DNA from: Eledone cirrhosa
Lineage: Eukaryota
Direction: 5' to 3'
Length of the DNA stretch: 64,000 nucleotides
NCBI GenBank assembly: GCA_964016885.1
Contig: OZ024743.1
Span: 7,626,001 to 7,690,000, forward strand
Below, in pieces: positions 1-14,344 of the stretch; the stretch's first letter is position 1, and each line of letters begins with the position of its first letter. A model generated the notes under the pieces. That model was not told the DNA's origin and did no database searches. It was given only the letters and a program-made list of their open reading frames with translations. Both the position numbers and the translations under genes were made by a program.

Positions 1-404
1 TATAATCTACCTCATCTAATACTATAATCTACCTCATCTAATACTATAATCTACCTCATCTAATACTATAATATACCTCATATAATACTATAATCTACCT
101 CATCTAATACTATAATCTACCTCATCTAATACTATAATCTATTTCATCTAATACTATAATCTACCTCATCTAATACTATAATCTACCTCATCTAATACTA
201 TAATCTATTTCATCTAATACTATAATCTACCACATCTAATATTATAATCTACCTCATCTAATACTATAATCTTCCACATCTAATACTATAATCTACCTCA
301 TCTAATATTATAATCTACCCCATCTAATACTATAATCTACCCCATATAATAATATAATCTACGCCATCTAATACTATAATCTACCCCATCTAATACTATA
401 ATCT

Positions 405-1130
405 ACCCCAACTAATACTATAATCTACCTCATCTAATACTATAATCTACCTCATCTAATACTATAATCTACCCCATCAAATACTATAATCTACCTCATC
501 TAATACTATAATCTACCCCATCTAATAATATAATCTACCTAATCTAATACTATAATCTACCTCATCTAATACTATAATCTACCTCATCTAATACTATAAT
601 CTACCTCATCTAATACTATAACCTACCTCATCTAATACTATAATATACCTCATCTAATACTATAATCTACTTCATCTAATACTATAATCTACCTCATCTA
701 ATACTATAATCTACCTCATCTGATACTATAATCTCCATCTAATACTATAATTTACCTCATCTAATACTATAATCTACCCCAACTAATACTATAATCTACC
801 TCATCTAATACTATAATCTACCTCATCTAATACTATAATCTACCCCATCAAATACTATAATCTACCTCATCTAATACTATAATCTACCCCATCTAATAAT
901 ATAATCTACCTAATCTAATACTATAATCTACCTCATCTAATACTATAATCTACCTCATCTAATACTATAATCTACCTCATCTAATACTATAACCTACCTC
1001 ATCTAATACTATAGTATACCTCATCTAATACTATAATCTACTTCATCTAATACTATAATCTACCTCATCTAATACTATAATCTACCTCATCTGATACTAT
1101 AATCTCCATCTAATACTATAATTTACCTCA
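405..1130 (+). repeat. Tandem duplication of 371 bp (17 monomers, one of them a 19-mer), also present at about 7525-8250 and partly at about 6470-7150
   Basis: TGATACTATAATCTCCATC at 721 and 1092, and at 7841 and 8212. The variant order CCCCAACT, CCCCATCAAA, CCTAATC, TATAACCTACC is repeated. Confidence 0.88.
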
Positions 1131-4100
1131 TCTAATACTATAATCTACCTCATCTAATACTATAATCTACCTCATCTAATACTATAATCTACCTCATATA
1201 ATACTATAATCTACCTCATCTAATACTATAATCTACCCCATCTAATACTACAATTTACCTCAACTAATACTATAATCTACCCCATCTAATACTATAATCT
1301 ACAACATCTAATACCATAATCTACCTCATCTAATACTATAATCGACCTCATCTAACAGTATAATCTACTCCTTCTAATACTATAATCTACCCTATCTAAT
1401 ACTATAATGTACTTCATCTAATACTATAATCTACCACATCTAATATTATAATCTACCTCATCTAATACTATAATCTACCCCAACTAATACTATAATCTAC
1501 CCCATCTAATACAATAATCTAGCTCATCTAATACTATAATCTACCTCATCTAATACTATAATCTACCTCATCTAATACTATAATCTACCTCATATAATAC
1601 TATAATCTACCTCATCTAATACTATAATCTACCTCATCTAATACTATAATCTACCTCATCTAATAATATAATCTCCCCATCTAATACTATAATCTACCCA
1701 TATAATAATATAATCTACTTCATCTAATACTACAATCTTCCACATCTAATACTATAATCTACCTCATCTAATACTATAATCTACCTCATCTAATACTATA
1801 ATCTACCTCATCTAGTATTATAATCTACCCCATCTAATACTATAATCTACCCCATATAATAATATAATCTACATCATCTAATACTATAAGCTACCACATC
1901 TAATACTATAATCTACCTCATCTAATACTATAATCTACCTCATCTAATACTATAATCTACCTCATCTAATACTATAATCTATCTCATCCAATACTATGAT
2001 CTAACTCATTTAATAATATAATCTACTTCATCTAATACTATAATCTACCTCATCTAATACTATAATCTCCCTCATATAATACTATAATCTACCTCATCAA
2101 ATACTATAATCTACCTCACCCAATACTACATTTTACCTCATCTAATACTATAATCTACCCGATCTAATACTATAATCTACAACATCTAATACTATAATCT
2201 ACCTCATCTAATACTATGATCTACCTCATCTAATACTATAATCTACCTCATCTAACAATATAATCTACCCCATCTGATAATATAATATACCCCATATAAT
2301 AATATAATCTACGCCATCTAATACTATAATCTACCACATCTAATACTATAATCTACCTCATCTAATACTATAATCTACCTCATCTAATACTATAATCTAC
2401 CTCATCTAATACTATAATCTACTTAATCTAATACTATAATCTTCCACATCTAATACTATAATCTACCTCATCTAATATTATAATCTACCCCATCTAATAC
2501 TATAATCTACCCCATCTAATAATATAATGTACCTCATCTAATATAATCTACCTCATCTAATACTACAATCTACCTCATCTAATACTATAATCTACTCCAT
2601 CTAATAGTATAATCTAACTCATCTAATACTATAATCTACCTCATCTAATACTATAATCTACCTCATCTAATACTATAATCTCCCTCATATAATACTATAA
2701 TCTACCTCATTTAATACTATAATCTACCTCACCCAATACTACATTTTACTTCATCTAATACTATGATCTAACTCATCTAATACTATAATCTACCTCATCT
2801 AACAATATAATCTAGCCCATCTAATAATATAATCTACCCCATCTAATACTATAATCTACCACATCTAATACTATAATCTACCTCATCTAATACTATAATC
2901 TACCTCATCTAATACTATAATCTACCTCATCTAATACTATAATCTACCTCATCTAATACTATAATCTACCTCATCTAATACTATAATCGACCTCATCTAA
3001 CAGTATAATCTACCCCATCTAATACTATAATCTACCCTATCTAATACTATAATGTACTTCATCTAATACTATAATCTACCACATCTAATATTATAATCTA
3101 CCTCATCTAATACTATAATCTACCCCAACTAATACTATAATCTACCCCATCTAATACTATAATCTAGCTCATCTAATACTATAATCTACCTCATCTAATA
3201 CTATAATCTACCTCATCTAATACTATAATCTACCTCATCTAATACTATAATCTACCTCATCTAATAATATAATCTCCCCATCTAATACTATAATCTACCC
3301 ATATAATAATATAATCTACTTCATCTAATACTACAATCTTCCACATCTAATACTATAATCTACCTCATCTAATACTATAATCTACCTCATCTAATACTAT
3401 AATCTACCTCATCTAGTATTATAATCTACCCCATCTAATAATATAATCTACATCATCTAATACTATAATCTACCTCACCCAATACTACATTTTACTTCAT
3501 CTAATACTATAATCTACCTCATCTAATACAATAATCTACCTCATCTAATAATATAATCTCCCCATCTAATACTATAATCTACCCATATAATAATATAATC
3601 TACTTCATCTAATACTACAATCTTCCACATCTAATACTATAATCTACCTCATCTAATACTATAATGTACTTCATGTAATATAATCTACCACATCTAATAC
3701 TATAATCTACCTTATCTAATACTATAATCTACCTCATCTAATACTATAATCTACCTCATCTAATACTATAATATACCTCATCTAATACTACCTCATATAA
3801 TACTATAATATACCTCATCTAATACTATAATCTACCTCATCTAATACTATAATCTACCTCATCTAATACTATAATCTACCTCATCTAATACTATTATCTC
3901 CCTCATCTAATACTATAATTTACCTCATCTAATACTATAAATTACCTCATCTAACAATATAATCTACACAATCTAATAATATAATGTACTCCATCTAATA
4001 CTATAATCTCCCCCATCTAATACTATAATCTACCTCATCTAATACTATAATCTACCTCATCTAATACTATAATCTACCCCAACTAATACTATAATCTACC

Positions 4101-6100
4101 CCATCTAATACTATAATCTACCTCATCTAATACTATAATCTACCTCATCTAATATTATAATCTACTTCATGTAATACTATAATCTTCCACATCTAATACT
4201 ATAATCTACCTCATCTAATATTATAATCTACCCCATCTAATACTATAATCAACCCCATCTAATACTATAATCTAGCTCATCTAATACTATAATCTACCTC
4301 ATCTAATACTATAATCTACATCATCTAATACTACAATCTTCCACATCTAATACTATAATCTACCTCATCTAATATTATAATCTACCCCATCTAATACTAT
4401 AATCTACCCCATATAATAATATAATCTACGCCATCTAATACTATAATCTACCACATCTAATACTATAATCTACCTCATCTAATATTATAATCTACCTCAT
4501 CTAATATTATAATCTACCTCATCTAATACTATAATCTATCTCATCCAATACTATGATCTACCTCATTTAATAATATAATCTACTTTATCTAATACTATAA
4601 TCTACCTCATCTAATACTATAATCTACCTCATCTAATACTATAATCTATGTCATATAATACTATAATCTACCCCATCTAATACTATAATCTACCTCATCT
4701 AATACTATAATCTACCTCATCTAATACTATAATCTATCTCATCCAATACTATGATCTAACTCATTTAATAATATAATCTATTTCATCTAATACTATAATC
4801 TACCTCATCTAATACTATAATCTATCTCACCCAATACTATATTTTACCTCATCTAATACTATAATCTACCCCATCTAATACTATAATCTACAACATCTAA
4901 TACTATAATCTACCTCATCTAATACTATAATCTACCTCATCTAATACTATAATCTACCTCATCTAATACTATAATCTACCTCATATATTACTATAATCTA
5001 CCTCATCTAATACTATAATCTACCTCATCTAATACTACAATTTACCTCAACTAATACTATAGGCTACCCCATCTAATACTATAATCTACAACATCTAATA
5101 CTATAATCATCCTCATCTAATACTATAATCTACCTCAACTAACAATATAATCTACTCCATCTAATAATATAATGTACCCCATCTAATACTATAATCTAGC
5201 ACATCTAATACTATAATCTACCTCATCTAATACTATAATCTACCCCATCTAATACTATAATCTACCTCATCTAATACTATAATCTACCTCATCTAATACT
5301 ATAATCTACCCCATCAAATACTATAATCTACCTCATCTAATAGTATAATCTACCCGATCTAATAATATAATCTACCTCATCTAATACTATAATCTACCTC
5401 ATATAATACTATAATCTACCTCATCTAATACTATAACCTACCTCATCTAATACTATAATATAACTCATCCAATACTATAATCTACTTTATCTAATACTAT
5501 AATCTACCTCATCTAATACTATAATCTACCTCATCTGATACTATAATCTCCCTCATCTAATACTATAATTTACCTCATCTAATACTATAATCTACCTCAT
5601 CTAATACTATAATCTACCTCAACTAATACTATAATCTCCCTCATCTAATACAATAATTTACCTCATCTAATATTATAATCTACCTCATCTAATACTATAA
5701 TCTACCTCATCTAATACTATAATCTACCTCATATAATAATATAATCTACCTCATCCAATACTACAATTTACTTCATCTAATACTATAATCTACCCCATCT
5801 AATACTATAATCTAGAACATCTAATAATATAATCTACCTCATCTAATACTATAATCTACCTCATCTAATACTATAATCTACCTCATCTAACAATATAATC
5901 TACCCCATCTAATAATATAATTTCCCCCATCTAATACTATGATCTACCTCATGTAATACTATAATCTACCTCATCTAATACTATAATCTACCTCATCTAA
6001 TACTATAATCTACCTCATCTAATACTATAATATACCTCATATAATACTATAATCTACCTCATCTAATACTATAATCTACCTCATCTAATACTATAATCTA

Positions 6101-8204
6101 TTTCATCTAATACTATAATCTACCTCATCTAATACTATAATCTACCTCATCTAATACTATAATCTACCTCATCTAATACTATAATCTACCACATCTAATA
6201 ATATATCTACCCCATCTAATACTATAATCAACCCTATCCAATACTATAATCTACCCTATCTAATACTATAATGTACTTCATCTAATACTATAATCTACCA
6301 CATCTAATATTATAATCTACCTCATCTAATACTATAATCTTCCACATCTAATACTATAATCTACCTCATCTAATATTATAATCTACCCCATCTAATACTA
6401 TAATCTACCCCATATAATAATATAATCTACGCCATCTAATACTATAATCTACCCCATCTAATACTATAATCTACCCCAACTAATACTATAATCTACCTCA
6501 TCTAATACTATAATCTACCTCATCTAATACTATAATCTACCCCATCAAATACTATAATCTACCTCATCTAATACTATAATCTACCCCATCTAATAATATA
6601 ATCTACCTAATCTAATACTATAATCTACCTCATCTAATACTATAATCTACCTCATCTAATACTATAATCTACCTCATCTAATACTATAACCTACCTCATC
6701 TAATACTATAATATACCTCATCTAATACTATAATCTACTTCATCTAATACTATAATCTACCTCATCTAATACTATAATCTACCTCATCTGATACTATAAT
6801 CTCCATCTAATACTATAATTTACCTCATCTAATACTATAATCTACCCCAACTAATACTATAATCTACCTCATCTAATACTATAATCTACCTCATCTAATA
6901 CTATAATCTACCCCATCAAATACTATAATCTACCTCATCTAATACTATAATCTACCCCATCTAATAATATAATCTACCTAATCTAATACTATAATCTACC
7001 TCATCTAATACTATAATCTACCTCATCTAATACTATAATCTACCTCATCTAATACTATAACCTACCTCATCTAATACTATAGTATACCTCATCTAATACT
7101 ATAATCTACTTCATCTAATACTATAATCTACCTCATCTAATACTATAATCTATTTCATCTAATACTATAATCTACCTCATCTAATACTATAATCTACCTC
7201 ATCTAATACTATAATCTACCTCATCTAATACTATAATCTACCACATCTAATAATATATCTACCCCATCTAATACTATAATCAACCCTATCCAATACTATA
7301 ATCTACCCTATCTAATACTATAATGTACTTCATCTAATACTATAATCTACCACATCTAATATTATAATCTACCTCATCTAATACTATAATCTTCCACATC
7401 TAATACTATAATCTACCTCATCTAATATTATAATCTACCCCATCAAATACTATAATCTACCCCATATAATAATATAATCTACGCCATCTAATACTATAAT
7501 CTACCCCATCTAATACTATAATCTACCCCAACTAATACTATAATCTACCTCATCTAATACTATAATCTACCTCATCTAATACTATAATCTACCCCATCAA
7601 ATACTATAATCTACCTCATCTAATACTATAATCTACCCCATCTAATAATATAATCTACCTAATCTAATACTATAATCTACCTCATCTAATACTATAATCT
7701 ACCTCATCTAATACTATAATCTACCTCATCTAATACTATAACCTACCTCATCTAATACTATAATATACCTCATCTAATACTATAATCTACTTCATCTAAT
7801 ACTATAATCTACCTCATCTAATACTATAATCTACCTCATCTGATACTATAATCTCCATCTAATACTATAATTTACCTCATCTAATACTATAATCTACCCC
7901 AACTAATACTATAATCTACCTCATCTAATACTATAATCTACCTCATCTAATACTATAATCTACCCCATCAAATACTATAATCTACCTCATCTAATACTAT
8001 AATCTACCCCATCTAATAATATAATCTACCTAATCTAATACTATAATCTACCTCATCTAATACTATAATCTACCTCATCTAATACTATAATCTACCTCAT
8101 CTAATACTATAACCTACCTCATCTAATACTATAGTATACCTCATCTAATACTATAATCTACTTCATCTAATACTATAATCTACCTCATCTAATACTATAA
8201 TCTA
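6101..8204 (+). repeat. Tandem duplication of 1052 bp (about 48 monomers)
   Basis: TTTCATC 6101/7153, TGATAC 6789/7841 and AGTATACC 7081/8133 are all 1052 apart. Confidence 0.88.
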
Positions 8205-11200
8205 CCTCATCTGATACTATAATCTCCATCTAATACTATAATTTACCTCATCTAATACTATAATCTACCTCATCTAATACTATAATCTACCTCATCTAAT
8301 ACTATAATCTACCTCATATAATACTATAATCTACCTCATCTAATACTATAATCTACCTCATCTAATACTACAATTTACCTCAACTAATACTATAATCTAC
8401 CCCATCTAATACTATAATCTACAACATCTAATACCATAATCTACCTCATCTAATACTATAATCGACCTCATCTAACAGTATAATCTACCCCATCTAATAC
8501 TATAATCTACCCTATCTAATACTATAATGTACTTCATCTAATACTATAATCTACCACATCTAATATTATAATCTACCTCATCTAATACTATAATCTACCC
8601 CAACTAATACTATAATCTACCCCATCTAATACAATAATCTAGCTCATCTAATACTATAATCTACCTCATCTAATACTATAATCTACCTCATCTAATACTA
8701 TAATCTACCTCATATAATACTATAATCTACCTCATCTAATACTATAATCTACCTCATCTAATACTATAATCTACCTCATCTAATAATATAATCTCCCCAT
8801 CTAATACTATAATCTACCCATATAATAATATAATCTACTTCATCTAATACTACAATCTTCCACATCTAATACTATAATCTACCTCATCTAATACTATAAT
8901 CTACCTCATCTAATACTATAATCTACCTCATCTAGTATTATAATCTACCCCATCTAATACTATAATCTACCCCATATAATAATATAATCTACATCATCTA
9001 ATACTATAAGCTACCACATCTAATACTATAATCTACCTCATCTAATACTATAATCTACCTCATCTAATACTATAATCTACCTCATCTAATACTATAATCT
9101 ATCTCATCCAATACTATGATCTAACTCATTTAATAATATAATCTACTTCATCTAATACTATAATCTACCTCATCTAATACTATAATCTCCCTCATATAAT
9201 ACTATAATCTACCTCATCAAATACTATAATCTACCTCACCCAATACTACATTTTACCTCATCTAATACTATAATCTACCCCATCTAATACTATAATCTAC
9301 AACATCTAATACTATAATCTACCTCATCTAATACTATGATCTACCTCATCTAATACTATAATCTACCTCATCTAACAATATAATCTACCCCATCTGATAA
9401 TATAATATACCCCATATAATAATATAATCTACGCCATCTAATACTATAATCTACCACATCTAATACTATAATCTACCTCATCTAATACTATAATCTACCT
9501 CATCTAATACTATAATCTACCTCATCTAATACTATAATCTACTTAATCTAATACTATAATCTTCCACATCTAATACTATAATCTACCTCATCTAATATTA
9601 TAATCTACCCCATCTAATACTATAATCTACCCCATCTAATAATATAATGTACCTCATCTAATATAATCTACCTCATCTAATACTACAATCTACCTCATCT
9701 AATACTATAATCTACTCCATCTAATAGTATAATCTAACTCATCTAATACTATAATCTACCTCATCTAATACTATAATCTACCTCATCTAATACTATAATC
9801 TCCCTCATATAATACTATAATCTACCTCATCTAATACTATAATCTACCTCACCCAATACTACATTTTACTTCATCTAATACTATGATCTAACTCATCTAA
9901 TACTCTAATCTACCTCATCTAATACTATAATCTACCTCATCTAACAATATAATCTAGCCCATCTAATAATATAATCTACCCCATCTAATACTATAATCTA
10001 CCACATCTAATACTATAATCTACCTCATCTAATACTATAATCTACCTCATCTAATACTATAATCTACCTCATCTAATACTATAATCTACCTCATCTAATA
10101 CTATAATCTACCTCATCTAATACTATAATCGACCTCATCTAACAGTATAATCTACCCCATCTAATACTATAATCTACCCTATCTAATACTATAATGTACT
10201 TCATCTAATACTATAATCTACCACATCTAATATTATAATCTACCTCATCTAATACTATAATCTACCCCAACTAATACTATAATCTACCCCATCTAATACT
10301 ATAATCTAGCTCATCTAATACTATAATCTACCTCATCTAATACTATAATCTACCTCATCTAATACTATAATCTACCTCATCTAATACTATAATCTACCTC
10401 ATCTAATAATATAATCTCCCCATCTAATACTATAATCTACCCATATAATAATATAATCTACTTCATCTAATACTACAATCTTCCACATCTAATACTATAA
10501 TCTACCTCATCTAATACTATAATCTACCTCATCTAATACTATAATCTACCTCATCTAATACTATAATCTACCTCATCTAGTATTATAATCTACCCCATCT
10601 AATAATATAATCTACATCATCTAATACTATAATCTACCTCACCCAATACTACATTTTACTTCATCTAATACTATAATCTACCTCATCTAATACAATAATC
10701 TACCTCATCTAATAATATAATCTCCCCATCAAATACTATAATCTACCCATATAATAATATAATCTACTTCATCTAATACTACAATCTTCCACATCTAATA
10801 CTATAATCTACCTCATCTAATACTATAATGTACTTCATCTAATATAATCTACCACATCTAATACTATAATCTACCTTATCTAATACTATAATCTACCTCA
10901 TCTAATACTATAATCTACCTCATCTAATACTATAATATACCTCATCTAATACTACCTCATATAATACTACCCCATCTAATACTATAATATACCTCATCTA
11001 ATACTATAATCTACCTCATCTAATACTATAATCTACCTCATCTAATACTATAATCTACCTCATCTAATACTATAATCTCCCTCATCTAATACTATAATTT
11101 ACCTCATCTAATACTATAAATTACCTCATCTAACAATATAATCTACACAATCTAATAATATAATGTACTCCATCTAATACTATAATCTCCCCCATCTAAT

Positions 11201-14200
11201 ACTATAATCTACCTCATCTAATACTATAATCTACCTCATCTAATACTATAATCTACCCCAACTAATACTATAATCTACCCCATCTAATACTATAATCTAC
11301 CTCATCTAATACTATAATCTACCTCATCTAATATTATAATCTACTTCATGTAATACTATAATCTTCCACATCTAATACTATAATCTACCTCATCTAATAT
11401 TATAATCTACCCCATCTAATACTATAATCAACCCCATCTAATACTATAATCTAGCTCATCTAATACTATAATCTACCTCATCTAATACTATAATCTACAT
11501 CATCTAATACTACAATCTTCCACATCTAATACTATAATCTACCTCATCTAATATTATAATCTACCCCATCTAATACTATAATCTACCCCATATAATAATA
11601 TAATCTATGCCATCTAATACTATAATCTACCACATCTAATACTATAATCTACCTCATCTAATATTATAATCTACCTCATCTAATATTATAATCAACCTCA
11701 TCTAATACTATAATCTATCTCATCCAATACTATGATCTACCTCATTTAATAATATAATCTACTTTATCTAATACTATAATCTACCTCATCTAATACTATA
11801 ATCTACCTCATCTAATACTATAATCTATGTCATATAATACTATAATCTACCCCATCTAATACTATAATCTACCTCACCCAATACTATGATTTACCTCATC
11901 TAATACTATAATCTACCCCATCTAATACTATAATCTACAACATCTAATACTATAATCTACCTCATCTAATACTATGATCTAACTCATCTAATACTATAAT
12001 CTACCTCATCTAACAATATAATCTAGCCCATCTAATAATATAATCTACCCCATCTAATACTATAATCTACCACATCTAATACTATAATCTACCTCATCTA
12101 ATACTATAATCTACCTCATCTAATACTATAATCTACCTCATCTAATACTATAATCTACCTCATCTAATACTATAATCTACCTCATCTAATACTATAATAT
12201 ACCTCATCTAATAATATAATCTACCCCATCTAATACTATAATCTACTCCATCTAATACTATAATCTCCCCCATCTAATACTATAATCTACCTCATCTAAT
12301 ACTATAATCTACCTCATCAAATACTATAATCTACCTCATCTAATACTATAATCTACCTCATCTAATACTATAATCTACCTCATCTAATACTATAATCTAC
12401 CTCATCTAATACTATAATCTACCTCATCTAATACTACAATTTACCCCAACTAATACTATAATCTACCCCATCAAATACTATAATCTACCTCATCTAATAC
12501 TATAATCTACCCCATCTAATACTATAATCTATCTCTTCTAATACTATAATCTACCCCATCTAATACTATAATCTACCTCATCTAATACTATAATCTACCC
12601 CATCTAATACTATAATATACCTCATCTAATACTATAATCTACCCCATCTAATACTATAATCTACCCCATCAAATACTATAATCTACCTCATCTAATACTA
12701 TAATCTACACCATCAAATACTATAATCTACCCCATCTAATACTATAATCTACCCCATCTAATACTATAATCAGCACATCTAATACTATAATCTATCTCAT
12801 CTAATACTATAATCTACCTCATCTAATACTATAATCTACCTCATCTAATACTATAATATACCTCATCTAATACTATAATATACCTCATCTAATAATATAA
12901 TCTACCCCATCTAATACTATAATCTACCCCATCTTATACTATAATCTACCTCATCTAATACTATAATCTACCTCATCTAATACTATAATCTACCTCATCT
13001 AATACTATAATATACCTCATCTAATACTATAATCTACCCCATCTAATACTATAATATACCTCATCTAATACTATAATCTACCCCATCTAATACTATAATA
13101 TACCTCATCTAATACTATAATCTACACCATCTAATACTATAATCTACCTCATCTAATACTATAATCTACCCCAACTAATACTATAATCTACCTCATCTAA
13201 TACTATAATCTACCTCATCTTTAACTATAATCTAACCCATTTAATACTATAATCTACCCCATCTAATACTATAATCTACCTCATCTAATATATTCTACCT
13301 CATCTAATACTATAATCTACCTCATCTAATATTACAACTACCTTATCTAATACTATAATCTACCCCATCTAATACTATAATCTACCTCATCTAATATAAT
13401 CTATCTCATCTAATACTATAATCTACCTCATCTAATACAATAATGTACATCATCTAATAATATAATCTAACATATCTGATACTATAATCTACCCCATCTA
13501 ATACTATAATCTACCCCATCTAATACTATAAGCTACCTCATGTAATACTATAATCTACCCCATCTAATACTATAATCTACCACATCTAATACTATAATCT
13601 ACCTCATCTAATACTATAATCTACCTCATCTAATACTATAATCTACCTCATCTAATACTATAATCTATCTCATCCAATACTCTGATCTAACTCATTTAAT
13701 ACTATAATCTACAACATCTAATACTATAATCTACCTCATCTAATATTATCATCTACCTCATCTAATACTATAATCTACCTCATCTAACAATATAATCGAC
13801 CCCATCTAATAATATAATATACCCCATATAATAATATAATCTACGCCATCTAATACTATAATCTACCACATCTAATACTATAATCTACCTCATCTAATAC
13901 TATAATCTACATCATCTAATACTATAATCTACCTCATCTAATACTATAATCTACTTAATCTAATACTATAATCTTCCACATCTAATACTATAATCTACCT
14001 CATCCAATATTATAATCTACCCCATCTAATACTATAATCTACCCCATCTAATAATATAATGTACCTCATCTAATATAATCTACCTCATCTAATACTACAA
14101 TCTACCTCATCTGATACTATAATCTACCTCATCTAATACTATAATCTACCTCATCTAATAATATAATCTACCTCATCTAATAATATAATCTACTCCATCT

Positions 14201-14344
14201 AATACTATAATCTACCCTATCTAATACTATAATCTACCTCATCTAATACTATAATCTACGCCATCTAATAATATAATCTACCCCATCTAATAATATAATC
14301 TACCACAGCTAATACTATAATCTACCACATCTAATACTATAATC

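Larger units (their letters stand above)
1..11875 (+). repeat. Domain 1: about 6-7 kb higher-order duplication (about 220-4695 repeated at about 7340-11875)
   Basis: Private variants recur at a 7120 offset: TGATACTATAATCTCCATC 721/7841 and 1092/8212, ATACTATAAG 1881/9001, TCTAGTATTA 1811/8931, CAATACTACATTTT 2121/9241. The offset grows to 7164 (G at 3416/10580) and then 7179 (G of TCTATGTC at 4650/11829). The window start also matches about 5960 onward (TATACCTCATATAA 72/6031). Confidence 0.9.

Noticed and set aside
1-6. Sigma70 -10 box (TATAAT) in every monomer
   Set aside because: There is no -35 element or extended -10 TG and no downstream gene. The match is expected by chance in an AT-rich unit.
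3-8. K50 homeodomain-like TAATCT sites repeated thousands of times (transcription factor sink)
   Set aside because: A 6-bp match in an AT-rich monomer with an unknown host is not evidence of binding.
1006-1017. 12-bp palindrome ATACTATAGTAT (also at about 7076 and 8128)
   Set aside because: It is created by point changes in an already near-palindromic ACTATAAT and is propagated by duplication. It is too short to imply a function.
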